A stretch of 61,805 nucleotides of DNA, counting the filler, from Sphacelaria rigidula (Eukaryota): NCBI GenBank assembly GCA_964200075.2. It is 8 parts of 8 records of this genome, joined end to end, with 100 filler letters (N's around TTAATTAATTAA, not from the genome) between each part and the next. Parts side by side here need not be neighbours in the genome. Positions count along the whole stretch, not along the records: positions 46,430 to 54,067 come from CAXNAA020013989.1; positions 54,168 to 61,805 come from CAXNAA020013990.1; 6 more parts are not named here. The stretch is one strand, 5' to 3'. Below are positions 48,841 to 61,192 of this stretch, one piece after another. How positions within the stretch are numbered: the first letter of the stretch is position 1; every line of letters begins with the position of its first letter. Below the pieces are notes generated by a model. The model was not told the origin of the DNA and did not search any database. It saw only the letters and a list, made by a program, of their open reading frames with translations. The translations under genes were made by a program, and so were the position numbers.

Positions 48841-49007
48841 GAGGCGCGCAGTCGCATGCACTGCACGTCGCAAGAGGCGTTGGACGTGGCCAGGCGAATG
48901 GAAGCGGAGCGGGTCGTGTTGACGCACTTCAGTCAGCGGTACAGCCATTTCGTCGCTAGTCCCAAGGGACTGGGTTCCAATGTGTCGATGGCCTTCGATT
49001 TCATGAG
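48841..49007 (+). CDS. tRNase Z exon
   Basis: EARSRMHCTSQEALDVARRMEAERVVLTHFSQRY...AFDFM; CAG / GTAAAA borders. Confidence 0.93.
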
Positions 49008-49974
49008 GTAAAACAGATGACAATAAATTTTATGCCCCACTCGTATTTTCATGGTTATATCACCGGGAGGATTATATATACATACATATATGTGAGGAAG
49101 GCGTATCGGTAGAGTAGACGGACACCTACGGGGGAGACTGCCGTCCTGATGCCGAAGGAACTCCGAGGCTGGCGATAATTTCCTCTTGTATATCTAGGCG
49201 AAAAAGGGATCAGATGAAAAGTGGTCGCCGTGGGCGACCAGTTCCTCGGGGGATGTTGGACCGTCCCAATATTAGGCTCTTCCTGGCATCACCCCGAGTT
49301 GTCTAGTTTCGTTGGCATTATAGGGTCCTCGGTATTCTGGTCCTCTTGGACCGTTCCTACCTTGTACCTGCATGCTCTGGTTCTTCATACATGTGTGGCA
49401 TCAGTCTCTGATATGTCACTGCAAAGAGGTGTCTTCCACATATATATATATTGGTATGACTCGACAATATTTGATATTTTAGAGCCCCCCCCCTCCCCCC
49501 CCAAAAGGGGGCCTTGCAAACGCGGCTATTTTTTTCCCCGTTTTCTTCGACTTTTCCCTAAAAAGTGAGAGAACAAATTATGACTTCCCCGGGGGGAAAA
49601 ATTACTGCCAAACAAAATCGACGTACGACATTCCGAGTAAAATGTAGTCAGTCTTGAAATCATCTATTGCTTGACCTGGTTTAGGAATCTGTTCTCACAT
49701 CTGTCGGGGAGAATAACTTTTCTTCCCCCCCCCCCCCCCAACGTTTCGGAGAATTCGCGTGCGTACTCATCTGTTGCTTGCCCCTCAGTCGATTGACCGT
49801 TGACCACGCATCCCTTTCGAGACCGGGGGGGGGGGTGTACTTTTCCATAAAAACCCTTAGTAGTACGATGCGATTGCCGTCTGAAACTACAGAATCTGAA
49901 TTGCTAGGTATATATTTATAACAAATATACATTTTATCTTTTTCTTCTCTGGTGAGCCCTGCAGACAGGTGCAC

Positions 49975-50445
49975 TTTCTTCACTTGCTTTCAGAGTACGG
50001 CGAAACGTGGTCATTTCGTCGTTCCCAGAAGCTCTGAGAGACAAGCATTTGCTCTTACTTGGTTTGAGAGTACGGCGAAACGTGGTCATCCCGTCGTTCC
50101 CAGAGGCTCAGAGAGGCGATCATTTGCTCTTACTTGGTTTTGGAGTACAGCGAAACGGGATCATTTCGTTCTCTCGAGCTTTGACAAGGCAGCATTACAT
50201 GATTCCCCTTGAGGAGGTTTCGGGAGCATCGCTTCCCCGGCAGGGTTCTGCATGGTGTTTCCCGCGTTTTTGTCCTCGCCGTGGCGGTAGACCCTTCGTC
50301 TCTCCATCTCACACCGCATACAGGCCTTTCAATCGCTCCGCCGTTTTCTACTACTTCTACCAGAATCGATCCCAGAAGCTCTGAGACAGGTACACTTTTT
50401 CACTTGCTTTTAGACTACGGCGAAACGGGATCTCTTTGTGATCCT
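49975..50445 (+). repeat. 75-bp tandem repeat (~2.6 units) plus a detached unit at ~50371-50440
   Basis: GTAC(G/A)GCGAAACG at 49995, 50070 and 50145. Confidence 0.85.
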
Positions 50446-50733
50446 TTGACCGTCGGAGATGCCACCTCTTACCGTATACAGGTCCCGCATTCCTTCGTGG
50501 AACCGGTATCGTTTTCACTTGAAAACTGAATCAGAATCATGCTCAGTTGGATGGGCTGTGCGGAACGACTCTCCGTCCAATCTCGGCCCACATGTCGCAT
50601 CGTCTCGACTGTACTTCCCTTTTCCTGTCTCTGGACTGCTGCTGTTGTTGCTGCTGCTTCTGCTCTGCCATACATGCGTTTTTTCGTCATGAGGTGCCGG
50701 GGTTTATTTTTCATATTTTAGTCGGCAGACAGT

Positions 50734-50850
50734 CGCACCGGTGGCTCAGTTGGTAACCCCCAAACCTTATGGCAGTTGGGTCGTCGGTTCGAACCTCAGT
50801 GCAGTCACACGGTCTGGAATTTTATCTCACACCATGTTCAACAGTGGACG
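50734..50850 (+). mobile_element. SINE family A tRNA-like head
   Basis: A box TGGCTCAGTTGG, B box GGTTCGAACC, followed by TCTCACACCATG..CAACAGTGG as in 52789-53150. Confidence 0.8.
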
Positions 50851-51344
50851 GCGACTACAAACAATGTTTTGGGGAGATTGAGAGTAGAGCGCTGATTGAG
50901 AGTGGCTTTGACTATGCGCTTCAACGTAGCAAGTTTTCCATTCCGTGCGCGCTTTTCTCTGCATACAGCTACACGTCGATATCTTGCTCAGAGATATCAA
51001 GGGTCTCAGTGGCAAGCTCCTACAGTGCAGCGAGCATCTTGAGCCTCGTGGAGGGGCATTTCGGAACTGAAACGATTCATTGACTAATTGAGCGCTTTTA
51101 ACTCTCAATCGTATCTTCTATTCTCAATATCACGAAAACATTGTTTACAGTATGTCGTGAGTAGACAGAATTCGGTTTCACGGTCGACGAGCGAAAGGAA
51201 CCGCTGAACCCCTCTCGCGATGAAAAAGTAAGCCGACCACCACAGAATTCCTGTGTTGACCTCCTTCTATGTTACACGTAACGCACACAACTATTAGCAT
51301 GAATATCGCATGGTCTCGACCTCACTTCATTTGTACTGTTTGAA

Positions 51345-51613
51345 CCATTTTGGGACCGGAATCCCAGAAACATGTGGTTTGCACGCAGGGGCGTTTCCAT
51401 GAATCGGTACTATTATTAGTTGGAAACAATTAAAAATGATGTCGATTCATACTAAGGCTCCTGCGTGCATATTACATGTTTCTGGGAATCCGGTCCCAAA
51501 AGGATTAACCCTTTGACCGGTAGGATAGGTCATCTGGACCACGCTGTAATTTGTGAAGTCCAAGTAACTGATGCCGATTTAACAACAGATAACCTATCAT
51601 GGCGGTCAAATGG
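51345..51613. mobile_element. Two abutting piggyBac-type micro-MITEs (51345-51504 and 51509-51613) separated by TTAA
   Basis: TTTTGGGACCGGA.TCCCAGAAACATGT mirrored; TTAA at 51505-51508; CCCTTTGACCG / CGGTCAAATGG. Confidence 0.7.
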
Positions 51614-52094
51614 TCAAATTCGTTGCCACTGTATGGGTTCTTGGTTTGCGGGGGCGGTCAGTTCCTCAGGTTCACTTTTGATTGTGATGCGTTGTTTTGA
51701 GCCTTCGTACGTGCTCATCATCCATGTTGCTCTTCGGGCTGGAAACGAGACCAATAAACGTTTTTGTGTGAAATCGGCATCGATTTCACATGAAAATCGA
51801 ACCGGCATCATGCTCATGAAACAATCAGAAGACACGACATAATTTTCCCGCCGCTTTCCATCAACCATTCGACGGCGAGAAAATTAGGTAATCTGTTGAA
51901 GTGGCATCAATTTCACTCAACAAAAGTATCCATGGTCCAGATTTGCTACCGTGCTCAGCCCATGAGCTACTGCGGCTTCTTCTCCAAACTACGCATGACC
52001 CTTGCCACTACACAACGCACACAGCTATCACCGGTGCTCATGTACCTGGGCTGTCGATCCACTGATCGTGGCGGCGAAGCCGCAGAAACTCTTG

Positions 52095-52130
<36 letters not shown>

Positions 52131-52788
52131 ATATAGCCTGGAAGTGTTCGTCTATCCTGTTTTACCAGCATATCGGCTGACCTCGTTCAAGTTGATGATG
52201 TAGTGCTCACCTCGTTTCGACTTGCCTACAATTACTTTTATCGTGAATTCATTTGGAAATATATCGTGGCGTACTTTTTTTCCCCCTGGCTTTTGCAGTA
52301 TTTCGTGTCATTACAGTATCTTTCGAGTTCATTCCTGTCGGTCGCGCGCTTACGTCTTGGTATATATCAAGAGGTGGGTCATCTCTCAATCCATTGATTT
52401 GTTGATTGGTTGATTTTTCGCACGTGATCTAATCCCCCAGGGCTCCAGCCGTGATTGTATGACCTATACTATTCAAAATTGCGGGGGAGGGGTGGGGGGG
52501 GGTCCCTAAGTCCAAGTAATTAGGCTGCCGAGCGTTGTCAGGCTTGTGAAAGTATTCCGTCACTTATTGAAGTACGTTTCTATGAAAGAGTCCGAGAAAT
52601 CAGAATTCTTCATGACGAGGGTGGATGGGGTGCGGTAGTACTGACTCAATCCGCGATCTCCAAAATTAATATCAAGGGGGTGTCACGGGGGAGATATATA
52701 TGGGTTGAGTCCTCAAGATCACAGTTTCGTTCGCCCCCAGGAAAGGGGAGCGAGGGGGGAGAGAGTTTGAAAGTATACCGGGAAGAAA

Positions 52789-53150
52789 TGTGTGTGTGTA
52801 TTGTGTGTCTTGTCGCCCCATCTATTCTGGACGCCGGTCTACACCTTTCGGTACATGTGGGCGCACCAGCCGGGGTCACACAGGAGGAAGGTCAACGCAG
52901 GAGCTTTTTTCTTTTTTACTCGTTTTGAATACCCCACCTTTCTTCTGCGGTGCTTGCCTTCTTTCTATTGCGAGAGGGGTACAGCAGTCCCTTTCCCTCG
53001 TCAACCTTTGAGTCGAATTTTGTGTACCCACGGCATAGTCCCTCTCCACTGTTGGGCATGGTGTGAGAAAAAATCGCAGATCCCTCCGAGAATTGAACCC
53101 ACGACCCAGCCGTCAGAAGGTTTCGAGGTTACCAACTGAGCCACCGGGGC
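52789..53150 (-). mobile_element. Full-length tRNA-derived SINE, family A (~360 bp)
   Basis: Minus strand reads GCCCCGGTGGCTCAGTTGGTAAC...CCTTCTGACGG...GGGTTCAATTC, then a unique body and a (CA)-rich tail. Several other copies in the window. Confidence 0.88.
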
Positions 53151-53229
53151 GAATGGTTAGAAATGAAGAAGCGTAATACCACACGTTTTGTGTATGTGAA
53201 GCTCAAAGCTTGTTCTACACTAGTTAGGT

Positions 53230-53313
53230 GTCTTCTTTCTTTTTCTTTCTTTTTCTTTCTTTTTCTTTCTTTTTCTTTCTTTTTCTTTCTTTTTCTTTCT
53301 TTTTCTTTCTTTT
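53230..53313. repeat. Polypyrimidine (TTTTCTTTCT)n tract
   Basis: Read directly from the sequence. Confidence 0.95.
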
Positions 53314-54386
53314 CACTTCCAACTTCTCCCCTTCCTCGGGACAAGTCCGTGGTCTCAAGGAATCAATCAACTCATCTCCCCCTGTGGTACCCGCCTTACA
53401 TTTGGGTATCGCTGAATGGGTCGTGACTATCACCACTCCGGCAACCACACCGACTGTCGTCCGATAAACTCAGCCACAACAAACTCTTTTTTTTTTCTGC
53501 TATCCATGTCCTCAAGCTTTCCAACAACGGAAATCAGGTACTTTTCATACAAAACCCAAACCCGCGTTTTCCCTGCTGTAATGATGTAAGTTGTGCCATT
53601 CACATTGACAACCACGGGGCGCGGCGACAGTACGACCAAAAATCGCGCCCCGAGTTCAACTGGATGATCGCTCTTGTGAGTCCGTCCAGAGAAAAAAAGA
53701 AGAGAGTTGTTGATGCCAGCGTCTACCGCGATTCATTCTGTACAAATACTGTAGAAGTCAAGATACCCCGCCTCCCCCCCCCCTCTCCCTCTCTTGTTTT
53801 TTTTCAAGTAAATTTTGATATCATTGTCACGCCAGTCAGTCACCTGGTATTGGAAATATTTGATTTCGTCTCCGATGAGCGGCACACCGAGGTTTTGTGT
53901 GTGGGGGGGGTGAACTTGAAAGCTTGTGGTGCGTTGTGCTGTGTACAGTATACCCGGAACTTGGGGAGGAATTTTGGTTGGCATACCAAACCGTGCTGGA
54001 AATGTGTACCGGACACTTCCTACGATACCCCCCTGCCACCACTCCGGCCACCCCACCACCGCAACGCNNNNNNNNNNNNNNNNNNNNNNNNNNNNNNNNN
54101 NNNNNNNNNNNTTAATTAATTAANNNNNNNNNNNNNNNNNNNNNNNNNNNNNNNNNNNNNNNNNNNNGCACCGCGTCAACTAACGTTACACAAACCCAGT
54201 CGACTACTTTGTTTACTCACGTTCTCACTCTTTCCACGGTGGAAATCATACATTACGAAGAAAGAGCACAACGCATCTGGAATCGAACCCCGTGCTCTCC
54301 ATCCTAATAAGGATAGTCGGACCACTTCACCGGGGCGCGACATTATATTGGATATTGTGTGAGGATTTTTCTTCATTTCCCTTTGA

Positions 54387-54483
54387 CCCTTAAACAGCGA
54401 GGTTAGTACTCTGTTGAATCGACATCAATTTCAAGTGAAAAAAGTATGCACGATCCAGAAAGACTAATCTCGCGGTCTAAGGG
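54387..54483. mobile_element. piggyBac-type micro-MITE, 97 bp (inverted relative of 56814-56911)
   Basis: TTGA|CCCTTA...TAAGGG|TTAA; body aligns to the reverse complement of 56814-56911. Confidence 0.8.
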
Positions 54484-55880
54484 TTAAAGTGTCTTTTTTC
54501 CGAAACGAGTTGTTTGAATGTTTCAAGTACATTTTAGGCCTGTGGCGAGGAAGAGTTATTCGCCGCTTATTGTTCGTTTCAGCGAAGCTGGTCTGAATAG
54601 CAAACCCTCCGAAATCGACAAATTTCACGTGTTCGTCTCTGCGTTTTTGCTTCCCTCTGTCTATATTTTGTTGGTAGTTTGTGTGCCGTCTTCCCTCCAG
54701 TGTCGGTACGGCCGATACGGGCAGTCGTGCTGATCGTTTGTCAGCGTCAAAAGTGCCGTTACCGCGTTGTACGTGTTACCCAAACTTAAAAAAATGTTGC
54801 CTGCGCGCATGTAGCACATGCAGGTGATGCTCCCACCCTCCTAAACAGCACCTACTTGAGGCACACCTCCCCTTTCCCCCCCCTTTCCCCCCCGAACATA
54901 CCAAACCTAAAACACAGCACATGCCAGCGGTCACCGTAACCAATGGGCACCAATAGGCATGAGATAAGTAGTGGGCACGAACGGGTACATCGCGAAGAGG
55001 GGGAGTGCAATGTAGGGTCATTGCTGCCGAATATACCGCTGTCGTTGGCTGGCTCGACCATAGGTCATTACGCAGATGACATACTCGTACGAATCGCAAG
55101 GACCAATTTCTGCTGGATTTGCGTCGAGATGATCTCACTGACTGCGCCACTGTAAAACGGTGAATGCGTCACGAGGTACATGCTTCGCCGGGTCACTACG
55201 ACCATATACCTGGATGTTTTGTCAACTAAGGTGGCTGTTTCAGACCCAGGTAATGGGGATAGGCCAAAATTTCGTATTTGTAAATTGGTTCCAAAGGTGG
55301 GTATCAATTTGGTGGGGCGATAGGCTGTGGGTGTCAGTCATGGACAAGGCATCCCGGCGCTGCTTAGTATGTGTGTTCCCCAGTGAATATAATTTTGGGT
55401 TCACGAACGTGCGACGGATGTGCATGTGTTGTATCCGTTGGCTTCGAGGGTGCACGCGTTGGATCCATTCGCTTCGAGAGTATTTTTCATAGTAATGCTT
55501 CCTCTTACCGGAATAATCAAGTACGCATATATATACAAGGATCGGACGGGGCCGCCTATCGCGACCCCGTCCTCCATGAAAGGCGTAGGAAAGAATAAAA
55601 TATGAAAGGGAGCGGGTGAAGGTAATGACTCCTACCAAAAGATACGATGTGTGTATTGTAATGAAACACATTTATATGAGAGGAGTAGGAGAAGGAAGAT
55701 AAGGCATGAGTGTGTGATATTTTTGGAATTGAAAACGCGATACACGGAATTGAGAAGAACGAAAGAACAGTGTGAAGAACGCGGAACACCCGAATGTGTC
55801 ACCGACATTACGTTCTGATAATATATATATATATATATATAACCCGGAGTAATAAGTAGAGTAGTCATTGGAGAGTAGGA

Positions 55881-56166
55881 GATTGTACAGGAGTTGATAA
55901 TTTGCTTACGAAATATCAAAATCTCTATGTACAACAGTCGGTTGAAATCCGATCCAACATATACGACATTTCACGAAAAAAACTATGGTTTTCAGGACAG
56001 GAAAAAGTACACGACTACATATACCGAGACTACGATTGTACACAAGTTGATAATTTGCTTACGAAAGAGCAAGATCTCTATGTACAACAGTCGGTTAAAA
56101 CCCGATCCAACATATACGACATTTGACGACAAAAGCTGTACTTTTCAGGACAGGAAAAAGTACACG
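55881..56166 (+). repeat. 153-bp tandem duplication
   Basis: GATTGTACA..AGTTGATAATTTGCTTACGAAA at 55881 and 56034. Confidence 0.9.
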
Positions 56167-56204
56167 CCGAACCCCGAACCCCGAGTAATCATATCTAAAC
56201 AACA

Positions 56205-57025
56205 CAGTGTTGTCGTCCCTTCTATTCTGGACGCCGGTGTCTACACCTTTCGGTATATATATATATGGGCGCACCAGCCGGGGTCACACAGGAGCTTGTT
56301 ATTTTTCATTTGTTTCTAGTACCCCACCTTCCTTCTGCAGGGCTTGCCTTGATTTTTTATCGCGAGAAGGGTTCAGCAGTCCCTTTCCCTCGTCGACCGA
56401 TCAAGTCGATTTTTGTGTACCAACAACGTGTTCGCCCTACATTGTTGGGCATGGTGTGAGGGGAAGGCGTTTATCGTAGAAAAAAACTTCTTGCCAACAA
56501 ATACACAAAGTCAAGACGTGAATCGGCATCATTTTTACTCTTTTTCAGGGTAAAATGATGCCGATTCTCAAAGTGACCCGTCCAACACCCCGAGAAACAT
56601 TTTCGCCAAAAAAGTGAACACCTACCATAGCATGGCTCCGATCTACACCTTTCGGTATATATATATATATATATGTGGGCGCACCAGCCGGGGTCACACA
56701 GGAGCTTGTTATTTATTTATTTATTTTAGTACCCCACCTTTCTTCTGCGGTGTTTGCCTTTAGTTTTTATCGCGAGAAGGGTTTAGCAGTCCCGTTCCCT
56801 CGTCGACCGTTAACCCTTGAACCGCGAGGGTAGTCCATGTGGATCATGCATACTTTTTTCTAGTAAAATTGATGCCGATTCAGCATATGACCTATTCTCG
56901 GCATATAAGGGTTAAGTCGATTTTTGTGTACCCACGACATGTTCGCCCCCCACTGTTGGGCATGGTGTGAAGGGAAGACGTTTATCGTAAAAAAAAACTT
57001 CTTGCCAACGAAAACACAAGGTCAA
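56205..57025 (-). mobile_element. Two tandem headless SINE-A copies (~56205-56515 and ~56640-57025)
   Basis: Both match the 52810-53065 body and share the same non-tRNA flank, which suggests a local duplication. Confidence 0.85.
56814..56911. mobile_element. piggyBac-type micro-MITE, 98 bp, inserted in a SINE
   Basis: TTAA|CCCTT...AAGGG|TTAA. The paralogous SINE at ~56391-56410 shows the empty site. Confidence 0.92.
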
Positions 57026-60012
57026 TGCGGAAAGTAAAGGCACACCAGGAAACCTTCGCGAAACAACCGGTGTCATTCCTCCAGTAGGTATCTTCATTAC
57101 GAAGAAGCGATGTATTTGTGTACAACCTGCAAGTTGAAATATCCCTCAACATTTGCGTGTCAACCTCCGGTTGTACAACGACAATGTACGAAGAAAGCTC
57201 AACCGAGGACGTTTATTGACTCTGGCAATATTTCAGCAACTTTACGAATAGCTCTAAGAATAACACAGACATTACTGCTGAACTTAAACTCTTGCTTACC
57301 ATGGCAATAATGAAGACTGAAAGCAAGACACAGCAGAAGGTCGTGGGAGTAGACCGGAACGGAAAGCGGGTACCACCGTCTATTACGCGCAAACTTTCAA
57401 ATACTGACAGGTTGGGTCGTTCACACAAATGTGATGCCTCCTGTATATTCGTGTATGCATGTTCCCGTTTTTCAGAATCAAATTTCCGTCTTTCATAATG
57501 AAAGTGTCAGATCCACCACCAGGGTTCCGCGTATTTCCTATCACGCGCAAACTTTCAGGCACTGAGAGGTTGGGTCGAAGGTCGAATCTCGCCCTCGTCG
57601 ACGGTGACCGGTAATAGGAAAACATTGCACTGTCTCATCAAGCTTTCGAAAATGAAAAATGTCGCAGGGTGAATTGGAGCTGAAGGGTTTTGTAAAGTGT
57701 GCTGTTCGAAGCGTAGGTCTAATTGACCCGCTTGCACGGGAGCGTTCACACGTAATCTTGGACATATATATATATATATATATAATATATATATATACTG
57801 CGAATTACATATACGAAAGTTTCGGCGGCTCGCGCCGCCTCGCTCAATGCAGCGAGTTCCAAGATGCCGAGAATGAGAATTGGTGATAGTTGTGTGCGTT
57901 TCGTAATCTAGTAGATGGATCGTGTGCCTTTTTTGATGTATGTGTTTGTAGGGACACGGTGTGAAAAAAAAATGGTTATCGTGACGCTTGGTGCGCCTTC
58001 CGCCTAGAGCAGCCGATGCCAGGGAGGTACGTGTACCACATACGCACGCCCGACCATAAGTGCATCGTGGCGGAGAGCCGTGACGAAGAGAGTTACACTC
58101 CCGAGACCCAAGCAAAACAAAAGGTGCATTCATTCGGAAACGCTTTCCATCGACCCAGTTACTGCATTCGGAAACGCTGCGGTCGACTCGGTAACTACAT
58201 TCGAAAAAAACGCTACTATCGACTCAGCAACGGACGCATCTCATCATCCATCACACACGGAAGCGCTCCCGCCATGAACCCGATCGCATCCTATCGTCAA
58301 TCAGAAGACATGAACACTGCTGAGCTGCTTGATCTTTGGAGGTTACAATAACTATGCAGTGTAGATACAAAATATCCGTTCCCGCTAATTCCTCTCCTTG
58401 CTGCACTTGGGGACGTGTTGGACATCATGCCGGGCGTGCTCTGCTTGGGAGTGCGTGATGTCAGGACGGAAAAACGGAGAGGGGCAAATCAGGTTTGCAC
58501 GAACAAACCTGTTTTGTCGCTGTTCGCCTCTTCCGCCTTGGCGTTCGGCACCCGCCAAGCAGAGCACGCCCCGCTTGATGTCCACCAGGCAGGTGCAGCA
58601 AGGAGAGGATTTCACGAGAGTGGAACTGTTGTATCTACAGTGCAGTTATTGCAGCCTCTAGAGATCAAGCAGCAACGGGTACACCTCGGTATTGCTGCAC
58701 CCCGCAGCATCGTGGCTAATTACCTCGCCGTGAAAGTAATTGACCAGTAAAATTATATCCACCAGAAGAACGGAGACGAGCAAACATATGGATGCCCACA
58801 GCGCATCACAATATGCAGTCGGTACCGATCTAGCCCGCGGGAAGCCGGTGTACTCTGAACTCAAGTAGAACATATTTTACTCTCTAGTCCAGTAAAAACG
58901 AAATGCTGGCCTGTCTGCCCTCGAAAAATTGAATGCTGGGCTGTCACTAGTCCAGGGAATTTCCTTCACTCTCAGAAAGATGAGTGATGTACAGGCTGGG
59001 TCAGCTTAGATATAGAGATGTATGTCGTGGGCAAGTGAGGAGCTCAGTTTCAAGAATTGTGCCTTGAACTTTGGTATCGAGAAGTACGAGGGCATTATGA
59101 AAAACACGTGGTTCCAAGACATGTGGGATTTTATTTGCACTTCTTTCATGAACTGAGGACAAGAAAACAAGATCGACTTGCCACAAAAACGTCCTTAATT
59201 CATGAAGGAAGAATGCCAATGTTTTCCAACAATGCTTGCCGTTGGGGCCTTCCGATTTTTCGTATCAAATGTAAAAGTACAACTCTCAGAAACGAGCTGC
59301 TAAATCCGGATTCGGTGCATTAAGTGCCTCTACTCATCATGTGTTGCAAGTCAGTAAGGATCGTATGCGCCCCGCCCCCTACCTCTCGATAAATGTAGAG
59401 TAAGGTCAAGGTGAGGGTATCGATCGTTTCCCCGTGCCCCACGGGATGTTGACACCAAAAACCAGCGCCGTTCGCTTATTTGATTGTGGCGGGGTTCCGT
59501 ATAGACTTGAGTATCGAAGTATATCCGTACGTCACGGCATTTCCTCGACATGTCGTTCAATCAACAAGAAAACATTTGGCCGGGCTGTTGAGTGTATGAG
59601 CATCTGCCCATGACTAGACAATTATCATGACGGGCGCATCACGGCCCAATTTTTCTGCGTCGATGAGATAGGGTTGCGGCAGTTTGAACCCGTTTTTAGG
59701 CTGGTCCAGCTAGTAACCTCTCTATGCATTTGGAGCTTTCGTCGGAACCCAGGAGAATTTTCTCGACGACTTACAGTGCAGCATTCGACGCGCTCTCGAG
59801 CCCTCACAGTCCACCATCTGGGTCATATGAAATTGAAGTATATCCGCCCAGCCCTTCCTCCGTTTCGGTACCTTCGTTCAATTGAAATTAGAGCACCCGC
59901 TCTCGAGCCCTCACACTCCAACATTTCACGGTTCGGACGAATCATCACCGGTTCCAATCACCAAATCCACGATTTTTCAGGCCTGACCTCTCCAAAAACA
60001 GAATGAAAGTTG

Positions 60013-61192
60013 CACACCCTGTACAACTATAACTAATAACTAACTAAGTTAGTTGTTTGGCAGACAACTACCAGGTAGTTGTCTGCAGGTAACTAGTTGC
60101 ACACGATTCTGAACCAGTAGTTGTCTGCAGGTAACTAGTTACGCACGATTCTGAACCAGTAGTTGTCTGCGAGCAACCAGTTGCGCACGATTCTGAACCA
60201 GTAGTTGTCTGCAGGTAACTAGTTGCGCACGATTCTGAACCAGCAGTTGTCTACAGGCAACTAGTTGCGCACGATTCTGAACCAGTAGTTGTCTGCAGGC
60301 AACTAGTTTCCAGGGCAGTTGTCAATGTAGGAACAACTTGCTCGGGTAGTTGTCAACAACAGAACAATGGGACCGTAGCTATGTTCCAGGAGAAGTTCGT
60401 ACTTGGATTTTTCGGGTTTTCGGGCTCGGCAGCGACAAGGATAGATGTAGCCGCCACCTGCTCACGAGAGTACCTCTTTTGTGTTTTGTTCTTGCTGGAT
60501 GCATTCTCTCCTCCGCAACCAGTGTTTTGTTTTGCACCGCCCAACATATTATTCTGGAATTTATGGGGATGTGGTTCGGGAGATAGCTCCCGCTTTGGAG
60601 AGGGGTGGTGGTCATCTAGCTATGAGTTGGAATAGTCATGCTCTCGCGCGGAATATCACAACAGCATGTTGCGTTTGCCATCGTTCATATCGCCAGCCTA
60701 TATAGGCTGGCGTGATCTTCGTGGTCTGCCCCCCCGTTCTCGCGCAGATACGGCTTAACACCACCACCACTACTATGATACCTGCTGTTGATGCATGTCA
60801 TTTGTCACAACTACCCAACTATGTTAGTTGTTTGGCAGACAACTACCAGCTAGTTGTCTGCAAACAACTAGTTACGCACGATTCTGAACCAGTAGTTGTC
60901 TGCGAGCAACCAGTTGCGCACGATTCTGAACCAGTAGTTGTCTGCAGGCAACTAGTTGCGCACGATTCTGAACCAGTAGCTGTCTCCAGGCAACTAGTTG
61001 CGTACGATTCTGAAAAGTTAGTTATCTACAGGCAACTAGTTGTGTACGAATCTGAAAAGTTAGTTGTCTGCAGGCAACTAGTTGCGTACGCATCTGAAAA
61101 GTTGGTTGTCTGCAGACAACTAGTTGCACACGATTCTGAACCAGTAGTTGTCTGGCAAACAACTATCAACCATCGTAGTTGTACAGGGTGTG
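60013..61192. mobile_element. CACAC-terminus element with two 42-bp tandem arrays (~60075-60310 and ~60850-61155)
   Basis: Perfect 17-bp TIR CACACCCTGTACAACTA / TAGTTGTACAGGGTGTG; flanks GAAAGTTG / AAACGTTG (6/8). Unit GATTCTGAACCAGTAGTTGTCTGCAGGCAACTAGTTGCGCAC. Confidence 0.88.

Noticed and set aside
49975-50170. Tandem GAAAC..GTC units as minimal hammerheads
   Set aside because: No CTGANGA core upstream of the GAAAC.
53075-53150. Functional tRNA gene
   Set aside because: The acceptor stem does not close and the sequence runs into a repeated body, so it is a SINE head. The same applies to 50734, 19667 and 54338.
60075-61155. CRISPR-like regular repeats
   Set aside because: Units are head-to-tail 42-mers with no unique spacers, no cas genes are present, and the context is eukaryotic. 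The same applies to 2950-3360.
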